Shown in pieces: positions 27,130 to 40,089 of a stretch of DNA of 64,000 bases (position 1 is its first letter; every line of letters begins with the position of its first letter). The notes under the pieces were generated by a model. The model searched no databases, was not told the origin of the DNA, and saw only the letters and a program-made list of their open reading frames with translations. The DNA comes from Camelus dromedarius (Eukaryota): positions 1,302,001 to 1,366,000 of the forward strand of contig NC_087436.1 of assembly GCF_036321535.1 (NCBI RefSeq), written 5' to 3'. A program made the translations under genes and the position numbers.

Positions 27130-30100
27130 AGAAACTTTGTGTTCCCAACAAGCTAGGTGAAGGACGGCTTTCACACACACTTATCTCTCAGAACTGAGCA
27201 AGTGGAGAGACGTTCGTTCATCTAGCACCAAGGGAACGGGTTGCAGGAGACACTTTTTCTCTGCTTTCTCAGTCTGTTTCCTAGTGCCGGTTTGAAGTTC
27301 CTGCAGTTTTCACTGTAAAAACGAGTTGGAGCTAGTACCTCCCCATATATATGTATGGAATGGAGTTTGCAACTGAAAAGAAACTTTGTGTTCCCAACAA
27401 GCTAGGTGAAGGACGGCTTTCACACACACTTATCTCTCAGAACTGAGCAAGTGGAGATTCGTTCGTTCATCTAGCACCAAGGGAACGGGTTGCAGGAGAC
27501 ACTTTTTCTCTGCTTTCTCAGTCTGTTTCCTAGTGCCGGTTTGAAGTTCCTGCAGTTTTCACTGTAAAACCGAGTTGGAGCTAGTACCTCCCCATATATA
27601 TGTATGGAATGGAGTTTGCAACTGAAAAGAAACTTTGTGTTCCCAACAAGCTAGGTGAAGGACGGCTTTCACACACACTTATCTCTCAGAACTGAGCAAG
27701 TGGAGAGACGTTCGTTCATCTAGCACCAAGGGAACGGGTTGCAGGAGACACTTTTTCTCTGCTTTCTCAGTCTGTTTCCTAGTGCCGGTTTGAAGTTCCT
27801 GCAGTTTTCACTGTAAAACCGAGTTGGAGCTAGTACCTCCCCATATATATGTATGGAATGGGGTTTGCAACTGAAAAGAAACTTTGTGTTCCCAACAAGC
27901 TAGGTGAAGGACGGCTTTCACACACACTTAACTCTCAGAACTGAGCAAGTGGAGAGACGTTCGTTCATCTAGCACCAAGGGAACGGGTTGCAGGAGACAC
28001 TTTTTCTCTGCTTTCTCAGTATGTTTCCTAGTGCCGGTTTGAAGTTCCTGCAGTTTTCACTGTAAAACCGAGTTGGAGCTAGTACCTCCCCTTATATATG
28101 TATGGAAAGGAGTTTGCAACTGAAAAGAAACTTTGTGTTCCCAACAAGCTAGGTGAAGGACGGCTTTCACACACACTTATCTCTCAGAACTGAGCAAGTG
28201 GAGAGACGTTCGTTCATCTAGCACCAAGGGAACGGGTTGCAGGAGACACTTTTTCTCTGCTTTCTCAGTCTGTTTCCTAGTGCCGGGTTGAAGTTCCTGC
28301 AGTTTTCACTGTAAAACCGAGTTGGAGCTAGAACCTCCCCATATATATGTATGGAATGGAGTTTGCAACTGAAAAGAAACTTTGTGTTCCCAACAATCGA
28401 GGTGAAGGACGGCTTTCACACACACTTATCTCTCAGAACTGAGCAAGTTGAGAGACGTTCTTTCATCTAGGACCAAGGGAACGGGTTGAAGGAGACACTC
28501 TTTCTCTGCTTTCTCAGTCTGTTTCCTAGTGCCGGTTTGAAGTTCCTGCAGTTTTCACTGTCAAACCGAGTTGGAGCTAGTACCTCCCCATATATATGTA
28601 TGGAATGGAGTTTGCAACTGAAAAGAAACTTTGTGTTCCCAACAAGCTAGGTGAAGGGCGGCTTTCACACACACTTACCTCTCAGAACTGAGCAAGTGGA
28701 TAGACGTTCGTTCATCTAGCACCATGGGAACGGGTTGCAGGAGACACTTTTTCTCTGCTTTCTCAGTCTGTTTCCTAGTGCCGGTTTGAAGTTCCTGCAG
28801 TTTTCACTGTCAAACCGAGTTGGAGCTAGTACCTCCCCATATATATGTATGGAATGGAGTTTGCAACTGAAAAGAAACTTTGTGTTCCCAACAAGCTAGG
28901 TGAAGGACGGCTTTCACACACACTTATCTCTCAGAACTGAGGAAGTGGAGAGACGTTCGTTCATCTAGCACCAAGGGAACGGGTTGCAGGAGACACTTTT
29001 TCTCTGCTTTCTCAGTCTGTTTCCTAGTGCCGGTTTGAAGTTCCTGCAGTTTTCACTGTAAAACCGAGTTGGAGCTAGTACCTCCCAATATATATGTATG
29101 GAATGGAGTTTGCAACTGAAAAGAATCTTTGTGTTCCCAACAAGCTAGGTGAAGGACGGCTTTCACAAACACTTATCTCTCAGAACTGAGCAAGTGGAGA
29201 GACGTTCGTTCATCTAGCACCAAGGGAACGGGTTGCAGGAGACACTTTTTCTCTGCTTTCTCAGTCTGTTTCCTAGTGCCGGTTTGAAGTTCCTGCAGTT
29301 TTCACTGTAAAACCGAGTTGGAGCTAGTACCTCCCCATATATATGTATGGAATGGAGTTTGCAACTGAAAAGAAACTTTGTGTTCCCAACAAGCTAGTTG
29401 AAGGACGGCTTTCACACACACTTATCTCTCAGAACTGAGCAAGTGGAGAGACGTTCGTTCATCTAGCACCAAGGGAACGGGTTGCAGGAGACACTTTTTC
29501 TCTGCTTTCTCAGTCTGTTTCCTAGTGCCGGTTTGAAGTTCCTGCAGTTTTCACTGTAAAACCGTGTTGGAGCTAGTACCTCCCAATATATATGTATGGA
29601 ATGGAGTTTGCAACTGAAAAGAAACTTTGTGTTCCCAACAAGCTAGGTGAAGGACGGCTTTCACACACACTTATTTCTCAGAACTGAGCAAGTGGAGAGA
29701 CGTTCGTTCATCTAGCACCAATGGAACGGGTTGCAGGAGACACTTTTTCTCTGCTTTCTCAGTCTGTTTCCTAGTGCCGGGTTGAAGTTCCTGCAGTTTT
29801 CACTGTAAAACCGAGTTGGAGCTAGTACCTCCCCATATATATGTATGGAATGGAGTTTGCAACTGAAAAGAAACTTTGTGTTCCCAACAAGCTAGGTGAA
29901 GGACGGCTTTCACACACACTTATCTCTCAAAACTGAGCAAGTGGAGAGCGTTCGTTCATCTAGCACCAAGGGAACGGGTTGCAGGAGACACTTTTTCTCT
30001 GCTTTCTCAGTCTTTTTCCTAGTGCCGGTTTGAAGTTCCTGCAGTTTTCACTGTAAAACCGAGTTGGAGCTAGTACCTCCCTTTATATATGTATGGAAAG

Positions 30101-33100
30101 GAGTTTGCAACTGAAAAGAAACTTTGTGTTCCCAACAAGCTAGGTGAAGGACGGCTTTCACACACACTTATCTCTCAGAACTGAGCAAGTGGAGAGACGT
30201 TCGTTCATCTAGCACCAAGGGAACGGGTTGCAGGAGACACTTTTTCTCTGCTTTCTCAGTCTGTTTCCTAGTGCCGGTTTGAAGTTCCTGCAGTTTTCAC
30301 TGTAAAACCGAGTTGGAGCTAGTACCTCCCTTTATATATGTATGGAAAGGAGTTTGCAACTGAAAAGAAACTTTGTGTTCCCAACAAGCTAGGTGAAGGA
30401 CGGCTTTCACACACACTTATCTCTCAGAACTGAGCAAGTGGAGAGACGTTCGTTCATCTAGCACCAAGGGAACGGGTTGCAGGAGACACTTTTTCTCTGC
30501 TTTCTCAGTCTGTTTCCTAGTGCCGGGTTGAAGTTCCTGCAGTTTTCACTGTAAAACCGAGTTGGAGCTAGTACCTCCCCATATATATGTATGGAATGGA
30601 GTTTGCAACTGAAAAGAAACTTTGTGTTCCCAACAAGCTAGGTGAAGGACGGCTTTCACACACACTTATCTCTCAGAACTGAGCAAGTGGAGATTCGTTC
30701 GTTCATCTAGCACCAAGGGAACGGGTTGCAGGAGACACTTTTTCTCTGCTTTCTCAGTCTGTTTCCTAGTGCCGGCTTGAAGTTCCTGCAGTTTTCACTG
30801 TAAAACCGAGTTGGAGCTAGTACCTCCCCATATATATGTATGGAATGGAGTTTGCAACTGAAAAGAAACTTTGTGTTCCCAACAAGCTAGGTGAAGGACG
30901 GCTTTCACAGACACTTATCTCTCAGAACTGAGCAAGTGGAGAGACGTTCGTTCATCTAGCACCAAGGGAACGGGTTGCAGGAGACACTTTTTCTCTGCTT
31001 TCTCAGTCTGTTTCCTAGTGCCGGTTTGAAGTTCCTGCAGTTTTCACTGTAAAAACGAGTTGGAGCTAGTACCTCCCCATATATATGTATGGAATGGAGT
31101 TTGCAACTGAAAAGAAACTTTGTGTTCCCAACAAGCTAGGTGAAGGACGGCTTTCACACACACTTATCTCTCAGAACTGAGCAAGTGGAGATTCGTTCGT
31201 TCATCTAGCACCAAGGGAACGGGTTGCAGGAGACACTTTTTCTCTGCTTTCTCAGTCTTTTTCCTAGTGCCGGTTTGAAGTTCCTGCAGTTTTCACTGTA
31301 AAACCGAGTTGGAGCTAGTACCTCCCCATATATATGTATGGAATGGAGTTTGCAACTGAAAAGAAACTTTGTGTTCCCAACAAGCTAGGTGAAGGACGGC
31401 TTTCACACACACTTATCTCTCAGAACTGAGCAAGTGGAGAGACGTTCGTTCATCTAGCACCAAGGGAACGGGTTGCAGAGACACTTTTTCTCTGCTTTCT
31501 CAGTCTGTTTCCTAGTGCCGGTTTGAAGTTCCTGCAGTTTTCACTGTAAAACCGAGTTGGAGCTAGTACCTCCCCATATATATGTATGGAATGGGGTTTG
31601 CAACTGAAAAGAAACTTTGTGTTCCCAACAAGCTAGGTGAAGGACGGCTTTCACACACACTTAACTCTCAGAACTGAGCAAGTGGAGAGACGTTCGTTCA
31701 TCTAGCACCAAGGGAACGGGTTGCAGGAGACACTTTTTCTCTGCTTTCTCAGTATGTTTCCTAGTGCCGGTTTGAAGTTCCTGCAGTTTTCACTGTAAAA
31801 CCGAGTTGGAGCTAGTACCTCCCCTTATATATGTATGGAAAGGAGTTTGCAACTGAAAAGAAACTTTGTGTTCCCAACAAGCTAGGTGAAGGACGGCTTT
31901 CACACACACTTATCTCTCAGAACTGAGCAAGTGGAGAGACGTTCGTTCATCTAGCACCAAGGGAACGGGTTGCAGGAGACACTTTTTCTCTGCTTTCTCA
32001 GTCTGTTTCCTAGTGCCGGTTTGAAGTTCCTGCAGTTTTCACTGTAAAACCGAGTTGGAGCTAGAACCTCCCCATATATATGTATGGAATGGAGTTTGCA
32101 ACTGAAAAGAAACTTTGTGTTCCCAACAATCGAGGTGAAGGACGGCTTTCACACACACTTATCTCTCAGAACTGAGCAAGTTGAGAGACGTTCTTTCATC
32201 TAGGACCAAGGGAACGGGTTGAAGGAGACACTCTTTCTCTGCTTTCTCAGTCTGTTTCCTAGTGCCGGTTTGAAGTTCCTGCAGTTTTCACTGTCAAACC
32301 GAGTTGGAGCTAGTACCTCCCCATATATATGTATGGAATGGAGTTTGCAACTGAAAAGAAACTTTGTGTTCCCAACAAGCTAGGTGAAGGGCGGCTTTCA
32401 CACACACTTACCTCTCAGAACTGAGCAAGTGGATAGACGTTCGTTCATCTAGCACCATGGGAACGGGTTGCAGGAGACACTTTTTCTCTGCTTTCTCAGT
32501 CTGTTTCCTAGTGCCGGTTTGAAGTTCCTGCAGTTTTCACTGTCAAACCGAGTTGGAGCTAGTACCTCCCCATATATATGTATGGAATGGAGTTTGCAAC
32601 TGAAAAGAAACTTTGTGTTCCCAACAAGCTAGGTGAAGGACGGCTTTCACACACACTTATCTCTCAGAACTGAGGAAGTGGAGAGACGTTCGTTCATCTA
32701 GCACCAAGGGAACGGGTTGCAGGAGACACTTTTTCTCTGCTTTCTCAGTCTGTTTCCTAGTGCCGGTTTGAAGTTCCTGCAGTTTTCACTGTAAAACCGA
32801 GTTGGAGCTAGTACCTCCCAATATATATGTATGGAATGGAGTTTGCAACTGAAAAGAATCTTTGTGTTCCCAACAAGCTAGGTGAAGGACGGCTTTCACA
32901 AACACTTATCTCTCAGAACTGAGCAAGTGGAGAGACGTTCGTTCATCTAGCACCAAGGGAACGGGTTGCAGGAGACACTTTTTCTCTGCTTTCTCAGTCT
33001 GTTTCCTAGTGCCGGTTTGAAGTTCCTGCAGTTTTCACTGTAAAACCGAGTTGGAGCTAGTACCTCCCCATATATATGTATGGAATGGAGTTTGCAACTG

Positions 33101-34600
33101 AAAAGAAACTTTGTGTTCCCAACAAGCTAGGTGAAGGACGGCTTTCACACACACTTAACTCTCAGAACTGAGCAAGTGGAGAGACGTTCGTTCATCTAGC
33201 ACCAAGGGAACGGGTTTCAGGAGACACTTTTTCTCTGCTTTCTCAGTCTGTTTCCTAGTGCCGGTTTGAAGTTCCTGCAGTTTTCACTGTAAAACCGAGT
33301 TGGAGCTAGTACCTCCCAATATATATGTATGGAATGGAGTTTGCAACTGAAAAGAAACTTTGTGTTCCCAACAAGCTAGGTGAAGGACGGCTTTCACACA
33401 CACTTATTTCTCAGAACTGAGCAAGTGGAGAGACGTTCGTTCATCTAGCACCAATGGAACGGGTTGCAGGAGACACTTTTTCTCTGCTTTCTCAGTCTGT
33501 TTCCTAGTGCCGGGTTGAAGTTCCTGCAGTTTTCACTGTAAAACCGAGTTGGAGCTAGTACCTCCCCATATATATGTATGGAATGGAGTTTGCAACTGAA
33601 AAGAAACTTTGTGTTCCCAACAAGCTAGGTGAAGGACGGCTTTCACACACACTTATCTCTCAAAACTGAGCAAGTGGAGAGCGTTCGTTCATCTAGCACC
33701 AAGGGAACGGGTTGCAGGAGACACTTTTTCTCTGCTTTCTCAGTCTTTTTCCTAGTGCCGGTTTGAAGTTCCTGCAGTTTTCACTGTAAAACCGAGTTGG
33801 AGCTAGTACCTCCCTTTATATATGTATGGAAAGGAGTTTGCAACTGAAAAGAAACTTTGTGTTCCCAACAAGCTAGGTGAAGGACGGCTTTCACACACAC
33901 TTATCTCTCAGAACTGAGCAAGTGGAGAGACGTTCGTTCATCTAGCACCAAGGGAACGGGTTGCAGGAGACACTTTTTCTCTGCTTTCTCAGTCTGTTTC
34001 CTAGTGCCGGTTTGAAGTTCCTGCAGTTTTCACTGTAAAACCGAGTTGGAGCTAGTACCTCCCTTTATATATGTATGGAAAGGAGTTTGCAACTGAAAAG
34101 AAACTTTGTGTTCCCAACAAGCTAGATGAAGGACGGCTTTCACACACACTTATCTCTCAGAACTGAGCAAGTGGAGAGACGTTCGTTCATCTAGCACCAA
34201 GGGAACGGGTTGCAGGAGACACTTTTTCTCTGCTTTCTCAGTCTGTTTCCTAGTGCCGGGTTGAAGTTCCTGCAGTTTTCACTGTAAAACCGAGTTGGAG
34301 CTAGTACCTCCCCATATATATGTATGGAATGGAGTTTGCAACTGAAAAGAAACTTTGTGTTCCCAACAAGCTAGGTGAAGGACGGCTTTCACACACACTT
34401 ATCTCTCAGAACTGAGCAAGTGGAGATTCGTTCGTTCATCTAGCACCAAGGGAACGGGTTGCAGGAGACACTTTTTCTCTGCTTTCTCAGTCTGTTTCCT
34501 AGTGCCGGCTTGAAGTTCCTGCAGTTTTCACTGTAAAACCGAGTTGGAGCTAGTACCTCCCCATATATATGTATGGAATGGAGTTTGCAACTGAAAAGAA
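27130..34600. repeat. Second, different 15-monomer tandem duplication (period 3733-3734 bp), 2 copies
   Basis: AAAAACGAG about 27320/31054, CAATCGAGG T at 28397/32130, CACAAAC about 29167/32900, CCAATGG about 29722/33455, CTCAAAAC about 29930/33663, GCCGGCTTG about 30776/34509. Confidence 0.9.
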
Positions 34601-37600
34601 ACTTTGTGTTCCCAACAAGCTAGGTGAAGGACGGCTTTCACACACACTTATCTCTCAGAACTGAGCAAGTGGAGAGACGTTCGTTCATCTAGCACCAAGG
34701 GAACGGGTTGCAGGAGACACTTTTTCTCTGCTTTCTCAGTCTGTTTCCTAGTGCCGGTTTGAAGTTCCTGCAGTTTTCACTGTAAAACCGAGTTGGAGCT
34801 AGTACCTCCCCATATATATGTATGGAATGGAGTTTGCAACTGAAAAGAAACTTTGTGTTCCCGACAAGCTAGGTGAAGGACGGCTTTCACACACACTTAT
34901 CTCTCAGAACTGAGCAAGTGGAGAGAAGTTCGTTCATCTAGCACCAAGGGAACGGGTTGCAGGAGACACTTTTTCTCTGCTTTCTCTGTCTGTTTCCTAG
35001 TGCCGGTTTGAGGTTCCTGCAGTTTTCACTGTAAAACCGAGTTGGAGCTAGTACCTCCCCATATATATGTATGGAATGGAGTTTGCAACTGAAAAGAAAC
35101 TTTGTGTTCCCAACAAGCTAGGTGAAGGACGGCTTTCACACACACTTATCTCTCAGAACTGAGCAAGTGGAGAGACGTTCGTTCATCTAGCACCAAGGGA
35201 ACGGGTTGCAGGAGACACTTTTTCTCTGCTTTCTCAGTCTGTTTCCTAGTGCCGGTTTGAAGTTCCTGCAGTTTTCACTGTAAAACCGAGTTGGAGCTAG
35301 TACCTCCCCATATATATGTATGGAATGGGGTTTGCAACTGAAAAGAAACTTTGTGTTCCCAACAAGCTAGGTGAAGGACGGCTTTCACACACACTTAACT
35401 CTCAGAACTGAGCAAGTGGAGAGACGTTCGTTCATCTAGCACCAAGGGAACGGGTTGCAGGAGACACTTTTTCTCTGCTTTCTCAGTCTGTTTCCTAGTG
35501 CCGGTTTGAAGTTCCTGCAGTTTTCACTGTAAAACCGAGTTGGAGCTAGTACCTCCCCATATATATGTATGGAATGGAGAATGCAACTGAAAAGAAACTT
35601 TGTGTTCCCAACAAGCTAGGTGAAGGACGGCTTTCACACACACTTATCTCTCAGAACTGAGCAAGTGGAGAGACGTTCGTTCATCTAGCACCAAGGGAAC
35701 GGGTTGCAGGAGAAACTTTTTCTCTGCTTTCTCAGTCTGTTTCCTAGTGCCGGGTTGATGTTCCTGCAGTTTTCACTGTAAAACCGAGTTGGAGCTAGTA
35801 CCTCCCCATATATATGTATGGAATGGAGTTTGCAACTGAAAAGAAACTTTGTGTTCCCAACAAGCAAGGTGAAGGACGGCTTTCACACACACTTATCTCT
35901 CAGAACTGAGCAAGTGGAGATTCGTTCGTTCATCTAGCACCAAGGGAACGGGTTGCAGGAGACACTTTTTCTCTGCTTTCTCAGTCTGTTTCCTAGTGCC
36001 GGTTTGAAGTTCCTGCAGTTTTCACTGTAAAACCGAGTTGGAGCTAGTACCTCCCCATATATATGTATGGAATGGAGTTTGCAACTGAAAAGAAACTTTG
36101 TGTTCCCAACAAGCTAGGTGAAGGACGGCTTTCACACACACTTATCTCTCAGAACTGAGCAAGTGGAGAGACGTTCGTTCATCTAGCACCAAGGGAACGG
36201 GTTGCAGGAGACACTTTTTCCCTGCTTTCTCAGTCTGTTTCCTAGTGCCGGTTTGAAGTTCCTGCAGTTTTCACTGTAAAACCGAGTTGGAGCTAGTACC
36301 TCCCAATATATATGTATGGAATGGAGTTTGCAACTGAAAAGAAACTTTGTGTTCCCAACAAGCTAGGTGAAGGACGGCTTTCACACACACTTTTTCTCAG
36401 AACTGAGCAAGTGGAGAGACGTTCGTTCATCTAGCACCAAGGGAACGGGTTGCAGGAGACACTTTTTCTCTGCTTTCTCAGTCTGTTTCCTAGTGCCGGT
36501 TTGAAGTTCCTGCAGTTTTCACTGTAAAACCGAGTTGGAGCTAGTACCTCCCCATATATATGTATGGAATGGAGTTTGCAACTGAAAAGAAACTTTGTGT
36601 TCCCAACAAGCTAGGTGAAGGACGGCTTTCACACACACTTATCTCTCAGAACTGAGCAAGTGGAGAGACGTTCGTTCATCTAGCACCAAGGGAACGGGTT
36701 GCAGGAGACACTTTTTCTCTGCTTTCTCAGTCTGTTTCCTAGTGCCGGTTTGAAGTTCCTGCAGTTTTCACTGTAAAACCGAGTTGGAGCTAGTACCTCC
36801 CTTTATATATGTATGGAAAGGAGTTTGCAACTGAAAAGAAACTTTGTGTTCCCAACAAGCTAGGTGAAGGACGGCTTTCACACACACTTATCTCTCAGAA
36901 CTGAGCAAGTGGAGAGACGTTCGTTCATCTAGCACCAAGGGAACGGGTTGCAGGAGACACTTTTTCTCTGCTTTCTCAGTCTGTTTCCTAGTGCCGGGTT
37001 GAAGTTCCTGCAGTTTTCACTGTAAAACCGAGTTGGAGCTAGTACCTCCCCATATATATGTATGGAATGGAGTTTGCAACTGAAAAGAAACTTTGTGTTC
37101 CCAACAAGCTAGGTGAAGGACGGCTTTCACACACACTTATCTCTCAGAACTGAGCAAGTGGAGATTCGTTCGTTCATCTAGCACCAAGGGAACGGGTTGC
37201 AGGAGACACTTTTTCTCTGCTTTCTCAGTCTGTTTCCTAGTGCCGGTTTGAAGTTCCTGCAGTTTTCACTGTAAAACCGAGTTGGAGCTAGTACCTCCCC
37301 ATATATATGTATGGAATGGAGTTTGCAACTGAAAAGAAACTTTGTGTTCCCAACAAGCTAGGTGAAGGACGGCTTTCACACACACTTATCTCTCAGAACT
37401 GAGCAAGTGGAGAGACGTTCGTTCATCTAGCACCAAGGGAACGGGTTGCAGGAGACACTTTTTCTCTGCTTTCTCATTCTGTTTCCTAGTGCCGGTTTGA
37501 AGTTCCTGCAGTTTTCACTGTAAAACCGAGTTGGAGCTAGTACCTCCCAATATATATGTATGGAATGGAGTTTGCAACTGAAAAGAAACTTTGTGTTCCC

Positions 37601-40089
37601 AACAAGCTAGGTGAAGGACGGCTTTCACACACACTTATTTCTCAGAACTGAGCAAGTGGAGAGACGTTCGTTCATCTAGCACCAAGGGAACGGGTTGCAG
37701 GAGACACTTTTTCTCTGCTTTCTCAGTCTGTTTCCTAGTGCCGGTTTGAAGTTCCTGCAGTTTTCACTGTAAAACCGAGTTGGAGCTAGTACCTCCCCAT
37801 ATATATGTATGGAATGGAGTTTGCAACTGAAAAGAAACTTTGTGTTCCCGACAAGCTAGGTGAAGGACGGCTTTCACACACACTTATCTCTCAGAACTGA
37901 GCAAGTGGAGAGACGTTCGTTCATCTAGCACCAAGGGAACGGGTTGCAGGAGACACTTTTTCTCTGCTTTCTCTGTCTGTTTCCTAGTGCCGGTTTGAGG
38001 TTCCTGCAGTTTTCACTGTAAAACCGAGTTGGAGCTAGTACCTCCCCATATATATGTATGGAATGGAGTTTGCAACTGAAAAGAAACTTTGTTGTTCCCA
38101 ACAAGCTAGGTGAAGGACGGCTTTCACACACACTTATCCTCTCAGAACTGAGCAAGTGGAGAGACGTTCGTTCATCTTAGCACCAAGGGAACGGGTTGCA
38201 GGAGGACACTTTTTCTCTGCTTTCTCAGTCTGTTTCCTAGTGCCGGTTTGAAGTTCCTGCAGTTTTCACTGTAAAACCGAGTTGGAGCTAGTACCTCCCC
38301 ATATATATGTATGGAATGGGGTTTGCAACTGAAAAGAAACTTTGTGTTCCCAACAAGCTAGGTGAAGGACGGCTTTCACACACACTTAACTCTCAGAACT
38401 GAGCAAGTGGAGAGACGTTCGTTCATCTAGCACCAAGGGAACGGGTTGCAGGAGACACTTTTTCTCTGCTTTCTCAGTCTGTTTCCTAGTGCCGGTTTGA
38501 AGTTCCTGCAGTTTTCACTGTAAAACCGAGTTGGAGCTAGTACCTCCCCATATATATGTATGGAATGGAGTTTGCAACTGAAAAGAAACTTTGTGTTCCC
38601 AACAAGCTAGGTGTAAGGACGGCTTTCACACACACACTTATCTCTCAGAACTGAGGAAGTGGAGAGACGTTCTTTCATCTAGCACCAAGGGAACGGGTTG
38701 CAGGAGACACTTTTTCTCTGCTTTTCTCAGTCTGTTTCTAGTGCCGGTTTGAAGTTCCTGCAGTTTTCACTGTAAAACCGAGTTGGAGCTTGTACCTCCC
38801 AATATATATGTATGGAATGGAGTTTGCAACTGAAAAGAATCTTTGTGTTCCCAACAAGCTAGGTGAAGGACGGCTTTCACACACACTTATCTCTCAGAAC
38901 TGAGCAAGTGGAGAGACGTTCGTTCATCTAGCACCAAGGGAACGGGTTGCAGGAGACACTTTTTCTCTGCTTTCTCAGTCTGTTTCCTAGTGCCGGTTTG
39001 AAGTTCCTGCAGTTTTCACTGTAAATCCGAGTGGAGCTAGTACCTCCCCATATATATGTATGGAATGGATTTTGCAACTGAAAAGAAACTTTGTGTTCCC
39101 AACAAGCTAGGTGAAGGACGGCTTTCACACACACTTATCTCTCAGAACTGAGCAAGTGGAGAGACGTTCGTTCATCTAGCACCAAGGGAACGGGTTGCAG
39201 GAGACACTTTTTCTCTGCTTTCTCAGTCTGTTTCCTAGTGCCGGTTTGAAGTTCCTGCAGTTTTTCACTGTAAAACCGAGTTGGAGCTAGTACCTCCCAA
39301 TATATATGTATGGAATGGGGTTTGCAACTGAAAAGAAACTTTGTGTTCCCAACAAGCTAGGTGAAGGACGGCTTTCACACACACTTATCTCTCAGAACTG
39401 AGCAAGTGGAGATTCGTTCGTTCATCTAGCACCAAGGGAACGGGTTGCAGGAGACACTTTTTCTCTGCTTTCTCAGTCTGTTTCCTAGTGCCGGGTTGAA
39501 GTTCCTGCAGTTTTCACTGTAAAACCGAGTTGGAGCTAGTACCTCCCGCATATATATGTATGGAATGGAGTTTGCAACTGAAAAGAAACTTTGTGTTTCC
39601 CAACAAGCTAGGTGAAGGACGGCTTTCACACACACTTATCTCTCAGAACTGAGCAAGTGGAGAGACGTTCGTTCATCTAGCACCAAGGGAACGGGTTGCA
39701 GGAGACACTTTTTCTCTGCTTTCTCAGTCTGTTTCCTAGTGCCGGTTTGAAGTTCCTGCAGTTTTCACTGTAAAACCGAGTTGGAGCTAGTACCTCCCTT
39801 TATATATGTATGGAAAGGAGTTTGCAACTGAAAAAGAAACTTTGTGTTCCCAACAAGCTAGGTGAAGGACGGCTTTCACACACACTTATCTCTCAGAACT
39901 GAGCAAGTGGAGAGACGTTCGTTCATCTAGCACCAAGGGGAACGGGTTGCAGGAGACACTTTTTCTCTGCTTTCTCAGTCTGTTTCCTAGTGCCGGGTTG
40001 AAGTTCCTGCAGTTTTCACTGTAAAACCGAGTTGGAGCTAGTACCTCCCCATATATATGTATGGAATGGAGTTTGCAACTGAAAAGAAA

